A stretch of 63,782 bases of DNA, the filler included, from Pseudomonadota bacterium (GTDB lineage Bacteria; Desulfobacterota; Desulfobacteria; Desulfobacterales; JBDRRP01), in the NCBI GenBank assembly GCA_043825735.1. It is 6 parts of 5 records of this genome, joined end to end, with 100 filler letters (N's around TTAATTAATTAA, not from the genome) between each part and the next. Parts side by side here need not be neighbours in the genome. Positions count along the whole stretch, not along the records: positions 1 to 9,066 come from JBDRRP010000070.1; positions 9,167 to 20,991 come from JBDRRP010000073.1; 4 more parts are not named here. The stretch is one strand, 5' to 3'. The notes under the pieces were generated by a model, which was given only the letters and a program-made list of their open reading frames with translations, did not search any database and was not told the origin of the DNA. Positions 1-9,198 of this stretch are shown here, one piece after another. Positions within the stretch are counted from its first letter, which is position 1; the number at the start of each line of letters is the position of its first letter. Position numbers and translations under genes: made by a program.

Positions 1-317
1 CCCGCCCGCCCCCCCCCGCCCCCCGCCCCCCCCCCCCCCCCCCCCGCGAAGCGCTCGGTGTCGATCTTGGCTTCCAGGTTGATGGTCTCCACTGTGTCCG
101 GAATCGTTGTTCCCCGCCAACAATGGCCTCGTTGAAATGCTTGACAATGAGTATCTGTAGGGGACAAAAGGGTGCCCAGGGGGGTATGACATTTTCCAAT
201 GCCATAAACAGTTTTGGACCGGCCATACACCGCGAAATCGTCGCTTGTCCGTTTTTCTGCGGTTGTTTTGACGCCATCTGCCATTGGGTTCAAGGAATAA
301 ATTGAAAGGAGGCAGTC

Positions 318-785
318 TTGTCGCGAAACAATAAGACGCGCACTCAGCGATACGGCTGGATTATCTGGATAGTGAGCGGGGTTATCTGCTGGATCGGATG
401 TTCTGAAGTCAATGTCGACTATACGCCTCCGGAAGGCAGTCGGGATACGGCCATTACCCATTTTTCGTACTCCGATATTGTGGTGGACGGCCACCCCTAT
501 GACCACGATATCGTTATTTCAGCCGATGGCACAGTACGGCCGTGGCAACTGGACCCAGGGAACATTGTCACCCAGAAGAATGTCTGCGGTCTGATCGATC
601 CATCAATCCGGACCATCATTATCGGGCTCGGCACCAGCAGTCACTCAGAGTTTTCACAGCAGAGCCGGGATGCGATTCGAAATAACGGTGTCAATCTGTT
701 TGTATCGAATACCTATGATGCCGTCCGGCTTTATAACAAAACGCCGAAGAATGACCTGGCCGCCTTTATCCACGTCGGGCACTGA
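318..785 (+). CDS. Mth938-like domain protein with N-terminal signal/TM segment
   Basis: AGGAGG RBS; YSDIVVDGHPYDHDIVI, IIIGLG, TYDAVRLYN, AAFIHVG match the Mth938/DUF498 pattern. Confidence 0.7.
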   Translation: MSRNNKTRTQRYGWIIWIVSGVICWIGCSEVNVDYTPPEGSRDTAITHFSYSDIVVDGHPYDHDIVISADGTVRPWQLDPGNIVTQKNVCGLIDPSIRTIIIGLGTSSHSEFSQQSRDAIRNNGVNLFVSNTYDAVRLYNKTPKNDLAAFIHVGH

Positions 786-821
786 CCCTGGGTTTTACGA
801 CGATATGGGCCAAAGGAGCAT

Positions 822-861
822 GGGGGCGCATCATGAATATTTAAAATTTAAGATGTGACCC
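822..861. repeat. Imperfect palindrome of the AGATGTGACCC REP-like family
   Basis: GGGGGCGCATCATGAATATTTAAAATTTAAGATGTGACCC; right arm shared with 5750-5776. Confidence 0.5.
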
Positions 862-961
862 TCGTATTTCTTAAAAAGTATTTCGTCTATTATCCTTAAT
901 GTGTTGCTTGTGAGTCGATTGCGATCTATATTCGGCTCAGAATATGAGCCAATAAGGATTC

Positions 962-2116
962 GTGATGCCTCAGGCAGACAAATATATTTGGCACCGGTCT
1001 TCATGGCCGGAGTTTCGATGGGACCATGCAGCCCTTCTCAAACCGCTGGGCGACTGCCGTTTCCAACAGGGCACGCTGCTGGCACAGATGAACGCGCTGG
1101 GGTTTGATGCTAGGCAGCAAGCCCGGGCCGAGGTTTTGGTCAAGGAAGCGCTGAAAACTTCTGAAATCGAAGGTGAGCGGCTGGATCCCAACGCGGTGCG
1201 CTCATCAGTGGCCCGGCGTCTTGGGCTGCCCGCAGCCGGCTTACCATCGAAAAGAGACCAAAAGGCCGACGGGGTTGTCGATATCCTGCTGGATGCCACC
1301 CAGAACCATGGGCAGGCGTTGACCACCCGGAGACTGTTTGGCTGGCATGCGGCCCTTTTCCCAACAGGCTATTCCAGCCTGCACAAAATCCGGGTAGCCT
1401 CCTGGCGTGATGATCGCAATGGGCCGATGCGGGTTGTGGCAGGCCCGATCGGGCGGGAGATAATCCATTACGAAGCGCCCCCGGCCGAGCGCCTGGCAGG
1501 CGAGATGAATAAATTCATCCGCTGGTGGGGAAAAAGCCTCGCGCAGATGGACGGGTTGCTGAGGGCGGCCGTTGGCCATCTGCGGTTTGCGGCCATTCAT
1601 CCCTTCGAGGACGGCAATGGAAGGATCGCAAGAACCTTAACCGAAATGGCCCTGGCTCAGGATGAAAAGCTGCCGACCCGGTATTACAGTCTCTCTGCCC
1701 AAATCATGGCGGAGCGCGAGGCCTATTACCGGGTTCTCGAACGCACAAACACGGGCGATGGCGATATCACCCCGTGGGTCCAATGGTTTCTGCAATGTAT
1801 GTCCAGAGCGATGCTGAGTTCAGAAAAATTGCTGTCCAATGTAATGCTGAAGACCCGGTTCTGGCAGCGTCACGCGCAGACCGGGTTGAAAGAGCGTCAA
1901 AACAAAGTCATCAACCGCCTGCTGGAAGCCGGCCCTGGCGGCTTTGAGGGCGGGCTGACGAATCGCAAGTATGCCGGTATGGTTCATGTCAGCAAAGCCA
2001 CAGCCCAAAGGGAGCTGGCCGATCTGGTGCAGAAGGGCATTCTGCGCACCAACCCGAGCGGAGGACGCAGCACCAGTTATGACCTTTGTTGGGACGATTA
2101 TGCTTTAGAAAAATGA
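962..2116 (+). CDS. Fic family protein (DUF4172 N-terminus, C-terminal HTH)
   Basis: HPFEDGNGRIAR Fic motif; YIWHRSSWPEFRWD start; SKATAQRELADLV HTH. Confidence 0.92.
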   Translation: MMPQADKYIWHRSSWPEFRWDHAALLKPLGDCRFQQGTLLAQMNALGFDARQQARAEVLVKEALKTSEIEGERLDPNAVRSSVARRLGLPAAGLPSKRDQKADGVVDILLDATQNHGQALTTRRLFGWHAALFPTGYSSLHKIRVASWRDDRNGPMRVVAGPIGREIIHYEAPPAERLAGEMNKFIRWWGKSLAQMDGLLRAAVGHLRFAAIHPFEDGNGRIARTLTEMALAQDEKLPTRYYSLSAQIMAEREAYYRVLERTNTGDGDITPWVQWFLQCMSRAMLSSEKLLSNVMLKTRFWQRHAQTGLKERQNKVINRLLEAGPGGFEGGLTNRKYAGMVHVSKATAQRELADLVQKGILRTNPSGGRSTSYDLCWDDYALEK

Positions 2117-2143
2117 GTAGTACTCGATGTCGCAGGGAGGGCT

Positions 2144-2446
2144 ATGCCATTTATCGAAGAACCCACCGGATATGAGAAAACGATTTTGTCTGATCTTCAA
2201 GGTGCATGGATCGTGCTCAGAGAATCGGTTGTCGAGGCAGCGGGGTTTAAAGGATGGGATCGCGCATTGTTTCACATCGATGAGGCGATGAGCTGGGAAA
2301 CCGTGCGCAATCTGCGATCGATGCCGCCGCTGGTTCTCATCATCAGGAATCTATGCGCTCAAGGTAAGGCGCCTCAAGAGGTTTTGGAAAACATTCAGGA
2401 AGTCGATGCCATCCTGAACGATGTGCTTTCTAAATTCAACAAATGA
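2144..2446 (+). CDS. Hypothetical helical protein
   Basis: GGGAGG RBS, 100-aa ORF directly after fic. Confidence 0.65.
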   Translation: MPFIEEPTGYEKTILSDLQGAWIVLRESVVEAAGFKGWDRALFHIDEAMSWETVRNLRSMPPLVLIIRNLCAQGKAPQEVLENIQEVDAILNDVLSKFNK

Positions 2447-2653
2447 TGGTTTTGCTGGACACCCTACGGCAGCCCCCCCGGGGTCTCACAAAAAAGAAAG
2501 GATGTCCCAACCGTCATGCCGGACTCGATCCGGTTTCCAGAAGGGTTTTTGTACCCATCCGGACCCCGGCCTTCAGTCTTCCTCCGTCGCCGCGCTTCCA
2601 CCGTAGTTTATTGGATGTCCCCTTGGATCCCCTTCACCGAGCCCCCAAGACAA

Positions 2654-3310
2654 TCAGTCACTTTCAACGATCAAATTGTCCAACTCGTCGCGATCATCGG
2701 GCTTTATCGGGAAATGCGCGGAGAGAATTTGCCCCACTGCGGCCACCGCCTCACAGATGGCCGCGCCCTGGCGGCGCTGCCGGATGCCTTCGATGATGGT
2801 TTTAACCGGCCCCGCCCAGTGGTCTTTCGCGACTTTGTCGTTGATTCCCCTGTCGGCAAGAATCCAGACCCGTCGCTCGAATACCGAAACAAAGATCAGC
2901 ACCCCGGTTTCATCCCGGGTTCGGTGAAGGCCCTCGCGGTAAAACCGGGTGACGGCGGCTTCTTCGACCTCCGTGTCCATCTCCTGCCGTGAAACAAACC
3001 ACCGCTTCAGCCACGGCCATCGTCTGACAATGAAGTGGCCGGCGATGAACAGCACCGAAAAGGCGCCCATGAACAGCCACATATTCTGGCCGCCGATCCA
3101 GAACCGGCCTCCGAACCATTCGGTCAGTACAATGGCTGCCGGCATTGCAATAGCGGCGGCACCGATGACATCAGCCATGGGATAGTCGTAGCTGGCCGAA
3201 GCGATAATGGGAACGATTTCCCCGGATGTCCGCTTTTCAGCGTCCTTTACCGCCGATACGATCCGGCGTCTATCGTCCTCGGATAAAAACTGTTTGGCCA
3301 GGTCTTTCAT
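2654..3310 (-). CDS. TPM domain membrane protein
   Basis: AEKRTSGEIVP, TGVLIFVSVFERRVWILADRGI, DELDN; start taken at MKDLAKQF. Confidence 0.88.
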   Translation of the reverse strand: MKDLAKQFLSEDDRRRIVSAVKDAEKRTSGEIVPIIASASYDYPMADVIGAAAIAMPAAIVLTEWFGGRFWIGGQNMWLFMGAFSVLFIAGHFIVRRWPWLKRWFVSRQEMDTEVEEAAVTRFYREGLHRTRDETGVLIFVSVFERRVWILADRGINDKVAKDHWAGPVKTIIEGIRQRRQGAAICEAVAAVGQILSAHFPIKPDDRDELDNLIVESD

Positions 3311-3362
3311 GACAGGCCCCTCATTATTATGGTGCTCATTTTCCCCTTCATATACGCGCCGC

Positions 3363-4247
3363 CTACCATCCGCCGGAAGCGCCGCCCCCGCCGAACCCGC
3401 CGCCGCCACCGGAAAAACCGCCGAAGCCGCCCGAGGAAAAGCCGCCGCCACCACCGAAGCCGCCTCCCCAGTACCCGGTCCTGCCCCTGCCGTGACCGGA
3501 TGACAACGGGCCACCCATGAAGCCGGCCGCGAGCCCGGCAAATGCTCCCAGAAAAATCAGCGCCAGGAGCCAGATACCGCCGGCACCGAAGAACATGCCC
3601 CCGACGACGGGCGCGAGAATGCCGCCGGCCACGACCCCCACGCCTCGCCGCAGCCGTCCCAGTATATTGATGAAGAAAAAGAACGCAAAGAATATGAAAA
3701 TAATGCTGTTCATCCCGCCGCCCCGGCTTTTCGGCCTCAACGGCTGCTCCGGGGCGGTGAACTCGCCCTTTACGACGCCGATCATGGCGGCGACGCCGTC
3801 TGTCACCCCCTGATCGAAGTTGCCTTCCTTGAACCGGGGCACGATAATGTTCCTGATGATCCGGCCCGATTGCAGATCGGTGAGACGGCCTTCCAGGCCG
3901 TAGCCCACCTCGATGCGCAGCTTGCGCTCCTTGACCGCGATGAGCAAAATGGCGCCGTTGTCGAGTCCCTTGTCGCCGACTTTCCAGGCTTCCGCCGTCC
4001 GCATGGAAAAGTCTTCAAGGTTTTCCCCCTCCAAAGAGGGCAGGATCAGCACGACGATCTGGGTGGAATCGGTTCTTTCCAGATCCGCGAGCACGGTTTC
4101 CAGCTGGCGCCGGGTCGCGGCCGAAAGGGCACCGGCCACATCGTTGACGCGGCCGGTGAGCCGGGGAATCTCGAGGGCCGCGGCCACTTGGCAGACAAGC
4201 AGGGCCAGGACGACGGCGATAATCATCGTGGTCTTGTGACGACGCAT
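3363..4247 (-). CDS. TPM domain (YgcG-like) protein with Gly-rich tail
   Basis: GRVNDVAG, RIEVGYGLEG, C-terminal GGGGGFGGGGASGGW. Confidence 0.92.
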   Translation of the reverse strand: MRRHKTTMIIAVVLALLVCQVAAALEIPRLTGRVNDVAGALSAATRRQLETVLADLERTDSTQIVVLILPSLEGENLEDFSMRTAEAWKVGDKGLDNGAILLIAVKERKLRIEVGYGLEGRLTDLQSGRIIRNIIVPRFKEGNFDQGVTDGVAAMIGVVKGEFTAPEQPLRPKSRGGGMNSIIFIFFAFFFFINILGRLRRGVGVVAGGILAPVVGGMFFGAGGIWLLALIFLGAFAGLAAGFMGGPLSSGHGRGRTGYWGGGFGGGGGFSSGGFGGFSGGGGGFGGGGASGGW

Positions 4248-4283
4248 GGCGACCTGTCTTTCCGTCCCGGTTCGGGGCGTGAA

Positions 4284-4877
4284 TTAAAAAGACACCTTCG
4301 GCGGTGTCTTGGCCCCTTCTTCGGCCTTGAAGTATTCCTTGCGATCCAGTTTCAGCAACAGGCTGTTGGTGAGACTGTTGGGGAATTTCCGGATCGCGGT
4401 GTTGAAGGCCTCCACCGCCTGGTTGTAACGCTGCCGGGCAACGTTGATGCGGTTTTCGGTACCTTCGAGCTGGTTCTGAAGGTCGAGAAAGTTCTGGTTC
4501 GCCTTCAGGTCAGGATAGCGCTCCACCACAACCATCAGCCGCGACAAGGCAGACGATAACTGACCCTGGGCCGCCTGCAGCTGCTGCATGGACTCGGCAT
4601 TGCCGAGATCCCCGGCCTTGACGGTCACCGAAGTCGCTTTGGCCCTTGCGCTGATCACCGCATCCAGCGTTTCCCGTTCATGGGCGGCGTAGCCCTTGAC
4701 GGTATTCACCAGATTGGGGATCAGATCCGAACGGCGCTGAAGATTGGACTCCACATCCCCCCATGCCTTGAATACGCCCTCCTCCAGTTGCTGCATCTGA
4801 TTGTACCCGCAACCGGAAAGAAGCACCGCCGCCGCGATGCAAATCACCGAGACCATCATCCATTTACGCATCTGCAC
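4284..4877 (-). CDS. lemA: LemA family protein
   Basis: [40 protein letters not shown]. Confidence 0.95.
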   Translation of the reverse strand: MQMRKWMMVSVICIAAAVLLSGCGYNQMQQLEEGVFKAWGDVESNLQRRSDLIPNLVNTVKGYAAHERETLDAVISARAKATSVTVKAGDLGNAESMQQLQAAQGQLSSALSRLMVVVERYPDLKANQNFLDLQNQLEGTENRINVARQRYNQAVEAFNTAIRKFPNSLTNSLLLKLDRKEYFKAEEGAKTPPKVSF

Positions 4878-5061
4878 CTCCTGTGTTTGCCTTGCCTGCC
4901 TCGAAGTGTTCTTTTTGGTAAAATGTATTCAAACCCGCTATTCGTAAGCTAAAATTCGATACGCAATTATCTACGAATTAAAGGCGCGGCCCCGTTGCCA
5001 TGGCGCCGCCCGGTGCACTCTTTTTAGGGTAGATCAGCCCGTTATCGTTTATCCATTTTTC

Positions 5062-5213
5062 TTTCGTGTGTTTCGTGGTTTATGGTTCTTTTTTGGCAGA
5101 AAAAAAGAGATAAGAACCTATTTCTGGCTGTGGGGGCGCACCAAGCGCTATCCCATCTCCACTTTTGACCGCAGTAACTGATTTCAACCACGAAACACAC
5201 AAAACACACGAAA
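5062..5213. repeat. Inverted pair of CACGAAACA-type short tandem repeats
   Basis: TTTCGTGTGTTTCGTGGTT (5062-5080) and AACCACGAAACACACAAAACACACGAAA (5186-5213). Confidence 0.6.
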
Positions 5214-5332
5214 AGTAACGCAAAGCGGCCCGTTGCAACGGGCCTGTCCGACGATGGGATGTGGCGGACACCACTCGGTGCAACCTTTTTTTGGTAGATA
5301 AGCCCGATTCGATATTTTTTATGTGTGAAGTC

Positions 5333-5478
5333 TGATGAACCGGTAAAAAGTTCCAACGCCCGTCACCCCGGCGAAGGCCGGGGTCCAGAAGTGCTTGAAA
5401 TAACTGGATCCCGGATCTCGTTTCACTCGTCCGGGATGACGGAAAAAGGAGAAAATCCAACTTTTTACGGATCCATCA
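5333..5478. mobile_element. MITE-like element with a REP-like palindrome nested inside
   Basis: Terminal IRs TGATGAACCGGTAAAAAGT / ACTTTTTACGGATCCATCA; inner GTCACCCCGGCGAAGGCCGGGG...CCGGGATGAC recurs at 15978-16086. Confidence 0.65.
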
Positions 5479-5678
5479 AGTCTAAGGGTTGAGATTCTTC
5501 TCCGGCTTTTACGGGAACCGGAGGCGACGAGTCCAATATTATCATCGTTGCACAAAAATCGATGCACCAAGCCATAATTTCTTTCAACCGGACACGTTGG
5601 AACCCCCTGAAAACCAAAAAAGGCATCCGCGCTTTTCTGCGCAAATGCCTTTTACTTTTCGGTAGTACCGCGGTGTTA

Positions 5679-5776
5679 GGGGTCACATCTTAAATATTAA
5701 ATATTTTATCAGTTAGGGCATTTGGTGAAATTGAACAACTTCCCTGCTCAATATTTGATATTTAAGATGTGACCCC
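5679..5776. repeat. 27-bp inverted repeat (REPIN/MITE-like)
   Basis: GGGGTCACATCTTAAATATTAAATATT / AATATTTGATATTTAAGATGTGACCCC, one mismatch. Confidence 0.8.
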
Positions 5777-5837
5777 CATTTCCCATGCGGGCTTTACGGG
5801 GCATAGATTTCCCGTAACAGCCCGGGTAGCTCACATC

Positions 5838-5868
5838 AAGTTAATAAGTTTAGGGCGTCCCTAAAGGT
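5838..5868 (+). mobile_element. Isolated end of a RAYT-like element
   Basis: 28/31 identity to the reverse complement of 47732-47762, which lies just downstream of the transposase fragment. Confidence 0.65.
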
Positions 5869-6117
5869 CCTATTTTGGAAAGCCGCAAAAAACGCTGGTC
5901 GGATTATGGTCGGCATCCACCAAAGCGGAAAGAAACTCATACGGGTTATTTCCAGAAACCGAAAACGCTTTCCCACTTCCCGAAAGCCGGCTAGAAGGGC
6001 TCCGCCACACCTACGACCTTACCAAGCAGTGGCCGACAGCCTGTGAACCGGCAGTCCAGGATCTGGCCGCTTATGTGAAAGATGTCGCCTGGCCCCGGGA
6101 AATCGATGCTTATTGAG
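5865..6117 (+). pseudogene. Start-less 3' fragment of the gene preceding csx19 (probably a RAMP/cas7)
   Basis: Open frame of about 83 codons ending ...DLAAYVKDVAWPREIDAY*, followed by the csx19 RBS; identity inferred from position only. Confidence 0.4.
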
Positions 6118-6128
6118 ATAAGGAGGCG

Positions 6129-6641
6129 GTGATGGCATACCTATGCACCGGCGATCTGTCGGCCGACCAGTTTTTATCAACAATCGAGGCCTATCCATGG
6201 CCTGATGACGCGGTGGTCGTGGCATTCACGCCGACTGAGGCGAGGATTGACAAGTTCAACTACAACGAGGCGTTTCTTTCAGCGACTGAGCAGGGGAGAA
6301 TTTTCGCCCTCGCTGGCGAATTCCAATGGAGACGCATCGGCACGCACTTTCGGGCAGTTTACCTGGGAGATACCGCCTCCCCGGCCAATCTCGAAGATTT
6401 TTCCAAAGCGCTGGTGGGCCTGTCAACAACCAAACGGCACCTCCTGCTGTGGGGCGAACGAACCGACACCGATGCCGAATGGCTTGAGCAGCAGGTACCG
6501 CATCGGTTTTCATACCCGATCAAAGGCACCCAGTTCCCGCGAGGCAGGGCCGCCCTGGTTATCGAAGACTGGTCAGCCGACGCCGGCACCCCTCAGTTCA
6601 GCCGATATCAAGGCATTGTCGAAGTGAAAGGAGGGCTGTAG
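6129..6641 (+). CDS. csx19: Type III-D CRISPR-associated protein Csx19
   Basis: GRIFALAGEFQWRR, LLLWGE, C-terminal FSRYQGI; size and position before the terminal RAMP; start may be the ATG at 6132. Confidence 0.8.
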   Translation: MMAYLCTGDLSADQFLSTIEAYPWPDDAVVVAFTPTEARIDKFNYNEAFLSATEQGRIFALAGEFQWRRIGTHFRAVYLGDTASPANLEDFSKALVGLSTTKRHLLLWGERTDTDAEWLEQQVPHRFSYPIKGTQFPRGRAALVIEDWSADAGTPQFSRYQGIVEVKGGL

Positions 6642-6643
6642 CC

Positions 6644-7738
6644 ATGCCACATGGAGAATCTTTCTGGAACCCTTACCGCCTGATACCCGTCAGAGAGACT
6701 GTGGAACGCTCGACACCGTATACGGACGATCGTTTTCGTGGGTATAGCGGGATCATCAGCGGCACGATTGAAAATCTGACGCCATTGTTTATCGGCGCAC
6801 AGTCATCCGGCGTATTTCATCCGCCGCTGCGAAGAGCTGGAAAACAGGTGATCCCGGGAAGTTCACTCAAAGGGTTGCTCCGATCGCTTGCTGAGATCGT
6901 CGGTGGCGGCTGCGCCGTTGTCCAGGATCCTAAAAGTCCCATACCGAGAAATCTTGTGGCATGCAGCCATGTAAACCAGTTGTGTATTGCCTGTCGTATG
7001 TTCGGAGCCATGGAGCGACACCGGAATGCCAGGGTCCACAAAGGCAAGGTCGCCATCGGAGATGCCGAAATCCAAGAAGACCATATCCAGACCAAACCCC
7101 TGCAGGTTCTTTTGAGCAATAACGGTGTCCGCCATGAGCCATTTTACCGAACGGCGGGAACCGGGAACTGTGACGGTCGCAGCAGGAAGTTATATTTTCA
7201 CCAACCCGCCAGACGGGAATCCACACCGGCAATTCCTCAAAACATACAGGACCGCGCTTGGAATATCGATGCGCTGCTGCCGGGCCACCATTTCGATTTT
7301 GACATCCAATTCACAAGCCTTTCCGATGATGAGCTTTCCTTGCTGTTATATGTCCTCTGCCTCGAACCGGACATAGCTGTCGCCCTCGGCGATGATAAGC
7401 TGAAGCTGCGCGGCCCCATGAGGCATAAGATCGGCAATGCCAAACCGGCGGGCTTGGGGAGTTGCCGTATCGATTTGCACACGATGCTCGTATTCCCTCC
7501 CCCTCGGGAACGATTCAAAACCATGACAAAAGCAGGCAACCGCAAACTGCAAGGGGAGGAACTGGAATGCGATATTCGAGACCGGATTGCCCGGCATGTC
7601 GCCGACCAATCACCGACCATGCAGGCCCTGCGCAAAATGATGGTCTGGGATGAAAATGACCAGAGAGAATTCCATTATCCGGATTACCATTGGTTTAAAG
7701 CGGTCGAGAACAACCAGACCCCGCTTAAACCGCTTTAG
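6644..7738 (+). CDS. cas7: Type III-D Cas7-group RAMP protein (TIGR03986-like)
   Basis: FWNPYRLIP, IENLTPLFIG, IPGSSLKGLLRS, C-x5-C-x2-C-RMFG, G-rich loop KIGNAKPAGLGS. Confidence 0.9.
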   Translation: MPHGESFWNPYRLIPVRETVERSTPYTDDRFRGYSGIISGTIENLTPLFIGAQSSGVFHPPLRRAGKQVIPGSSLKGLLRSLAEIVGGGCAVVQDPKSPIPRNLVACSHVNQLCIACRMFGAMERHRNARVHKGKVAIGDAEIQEDHIQTKPLQVLLSNNGVRHEPFYRTAGTGNCDGRSRKLYFHQPARRESTPAIPQNIQDRAWNIDALLPGHHFDFDIQFTSLSDDELSLLLYVLCLEPDIAVALGDDKLKLRGPMRHKIGNAKPAGLGSCRIDLHTMLVFPPPRERFKTMTKAGNRKLQGEELECDIRDRIARHVADQSPTMQALRKMMVWDENDQREFHYPDYHWFKAVENNQTPLKPL

Positions 7739-7747
7739 AATCCGGCT

Positions 7748-7887
7748 ATTTGCATACCTTGCACAAACCAAGTGGCAAACGGAATTGAGACAGTTTGGCC
7801 TTGTCGTGGGCTATCTTACGGACAAATATTTTAGAACCTTGACCCGATTTTAAAGGCTGACCAGTAAGGCTGCGGAAGGGATAAGAC
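7748..7887 (+). CRISPR. Cryptic degenerate mini-array (repeat remnant, 36-nt spacer, repeat remnant)
   Basis: ATTGAGAC handle ends at 7791; 36-nt spacer 7792-7827; 7828-7849 matches 19/22 of the repeat 5' part; GAAGGGATAAGAC ends at 7887. Confidence 0.6.
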
Positions 7888-8050
7888 GTGTCGTGAGGAA
7901 GCGGGCGCCTGGAGCCGCCGATATAAAACAAGACCGGTGACTGCCCAAGGGCCGAGTCGGCTATTCCAGTCCACTCCGCCCCACCCGTGACGCAGCCCGT
8001 GAGCCATATCTCCATGTTTTAGGATGCATATTTCTGAAGGAAAAAGGGAA

Positions 8051-8800
8051 ATGAAACTTTTTCGTCGCTGGTGGACATGGTTTATATTATTCATCATGTT
8101 CTCGCTTGTATTCATCCATATCGATATGCAGTATCTGGCGGAGAGAACACCCACAGAGGGCTATTTTCGTTTGCTGATCGCAGCCACTAACGAGTTGAGC
8201 GGGCTGTTGGGGCTGCTTGTACTGGTTTTTTCAGGAGCCATGGCCGCAGCAAACCATGGAGCAATTCGTCGGTTTTTCCGGAGTGGGGTCTATAGAATTG
8301 GAGGAGCATTCAATCAAAGCGTGGATGCCATTGTTATTCCGCTCAGTGAGAACCAGAAGAATTTTCTCCCGGAATGGTTAATCAACCGAACTCGGCCCAA
8401 GATGGTCCGGTTTTTGGTCAGCAAAGAATCTCAACTCCAGATTGACAGGGTTGCCCGAAACCTGACGCCAGAAGCGCACGCCGGACTTGAATACCGGCCG
8501 CGACCTACCGAAGGCAATGACGTAGAGGACGTGGATATTGTCAAATTTGAAGAGATGGCTTCGTGTAAAAAGCGGGCACGGGAATATCTTAAAAAGCTTT
8601 TGAAAATTTATCCCTCTCAAAGAATATTCGTAGATATCAGCGGTGGACGAGTCACCACTTCATTGGCTCTCTTCCAGGCGGCTGAGGAAGAGGGGGTGTC
8701 CACAATATACGCATACAAGGAAGGCGGGGGATTCATCACCCTTGAGGATGTTCAAAACTCAAAGGCATGCGCGATCGTTTATATCAGTGATTGGACCTGA
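8051..8800 (+). CDS. Transmembrane CARF-domain effector (Cam1-like architecture)
   Basis: Two N-terminal hydrophobic segments; VDAIVIPLS, VRFLVSKES, and CARF motif IFVDISGGRVTTSLALFQAA; lies between cas7 and the array. Confidence 0.8.
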   Translation: MKLFRRWWTWFILFIMFSLVFIHIDMQYLAERTPTEGYFRLLIAATNELSGLLGLLVLVFSGAMAAANHGAIRRFFRSGVYRIGGAFNQSVDAIVIPLSENQKNFLPEWLINRTRPKMVRFLVSKESQLQIDRVARNLTPEAHAGLEYRPRPTEGNDVEDVDIVKFEEMASCKKRAREYLKKLLKIYPSQRIFVDISGGRVTTSLALFQAAEEEGVSTIYAYKEGGGFITLEDVQNSKACAIVYISDWT

Positions 8801-8917
8801 TGGCCGATGCTTTTTCATGTGTGGGGCACTACAAACGGGGGGCAGCGGTCGATGACCGTAAACACGGGCTGATTGCGATCACGAAAACCAGCGGCACTTT
8901 TTTTGCGGAAATGTTGT

Positions 8918-9066
8918 CTGCTATGACCCTGACCCGATTAGAGGGGATTGAGACCCAATCCACTGATCCAGGCGCGGGAGCCAGATTTCTTTCAGAACCC
9001 TGACCCGATTAGAGGGGATTGAGACATAACGATTACATTTCCACCCATATCCTTTTCAGGCCTTTC
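8918..9066 (+). CRISPR. CRISPR array start, 37-bp repeat CTTTCAGAACCCTGACCCGATTAGAGGGGATTGAGAC, cut by contig end
   Basis: Repeats at 8918-8954 (5'-divergent), 8989-9025, partial from 9062; spacers of 34 and 36 nt. Confidence 0.92.
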
Positions 9067-9166
9067 NNNNNNNNNNNNNNNNNNNNNNNNNNNNNNNNNN
9101 NNNNNNNNNNTTAATTAATTAANNNNNNNNNNNNNNNNNNNNNNNNNNNNNNNNNNNNNNNNNNNN
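9067..9166. other. Artificial contig spacer (others at 20992-21091, 47879-47978, 57602-57701, 60860-60959)
   Basis: N runs around TTAATTAATTAA, which has stops in all frames. Confidence 0.99.
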
Positions 9167-9198
9167 CCGGCGGGGTTCCCGCCGGCAGCCTGGTTTTT

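Noticed and set aside
1..46. Poly-C rich start
   Set aside because: Low-complexity contig end, likely a sequencing artefact
3311..3541. N-terminal extension of the TPM ORF in the track
   Set aside because: Overlaps the Gly-rich tail of the upstream gene; start reassigned to 3310
8955..9061. Possible self- or prophage-targeting by the two spacers
   Set aside because: No match seen by eye in this window; a proper search is still needed
9067..9166. Repeated TTAATTAATTAA motif within N runs
   Set aside because: Artificial linker, so no cross-contig linkage was inferred
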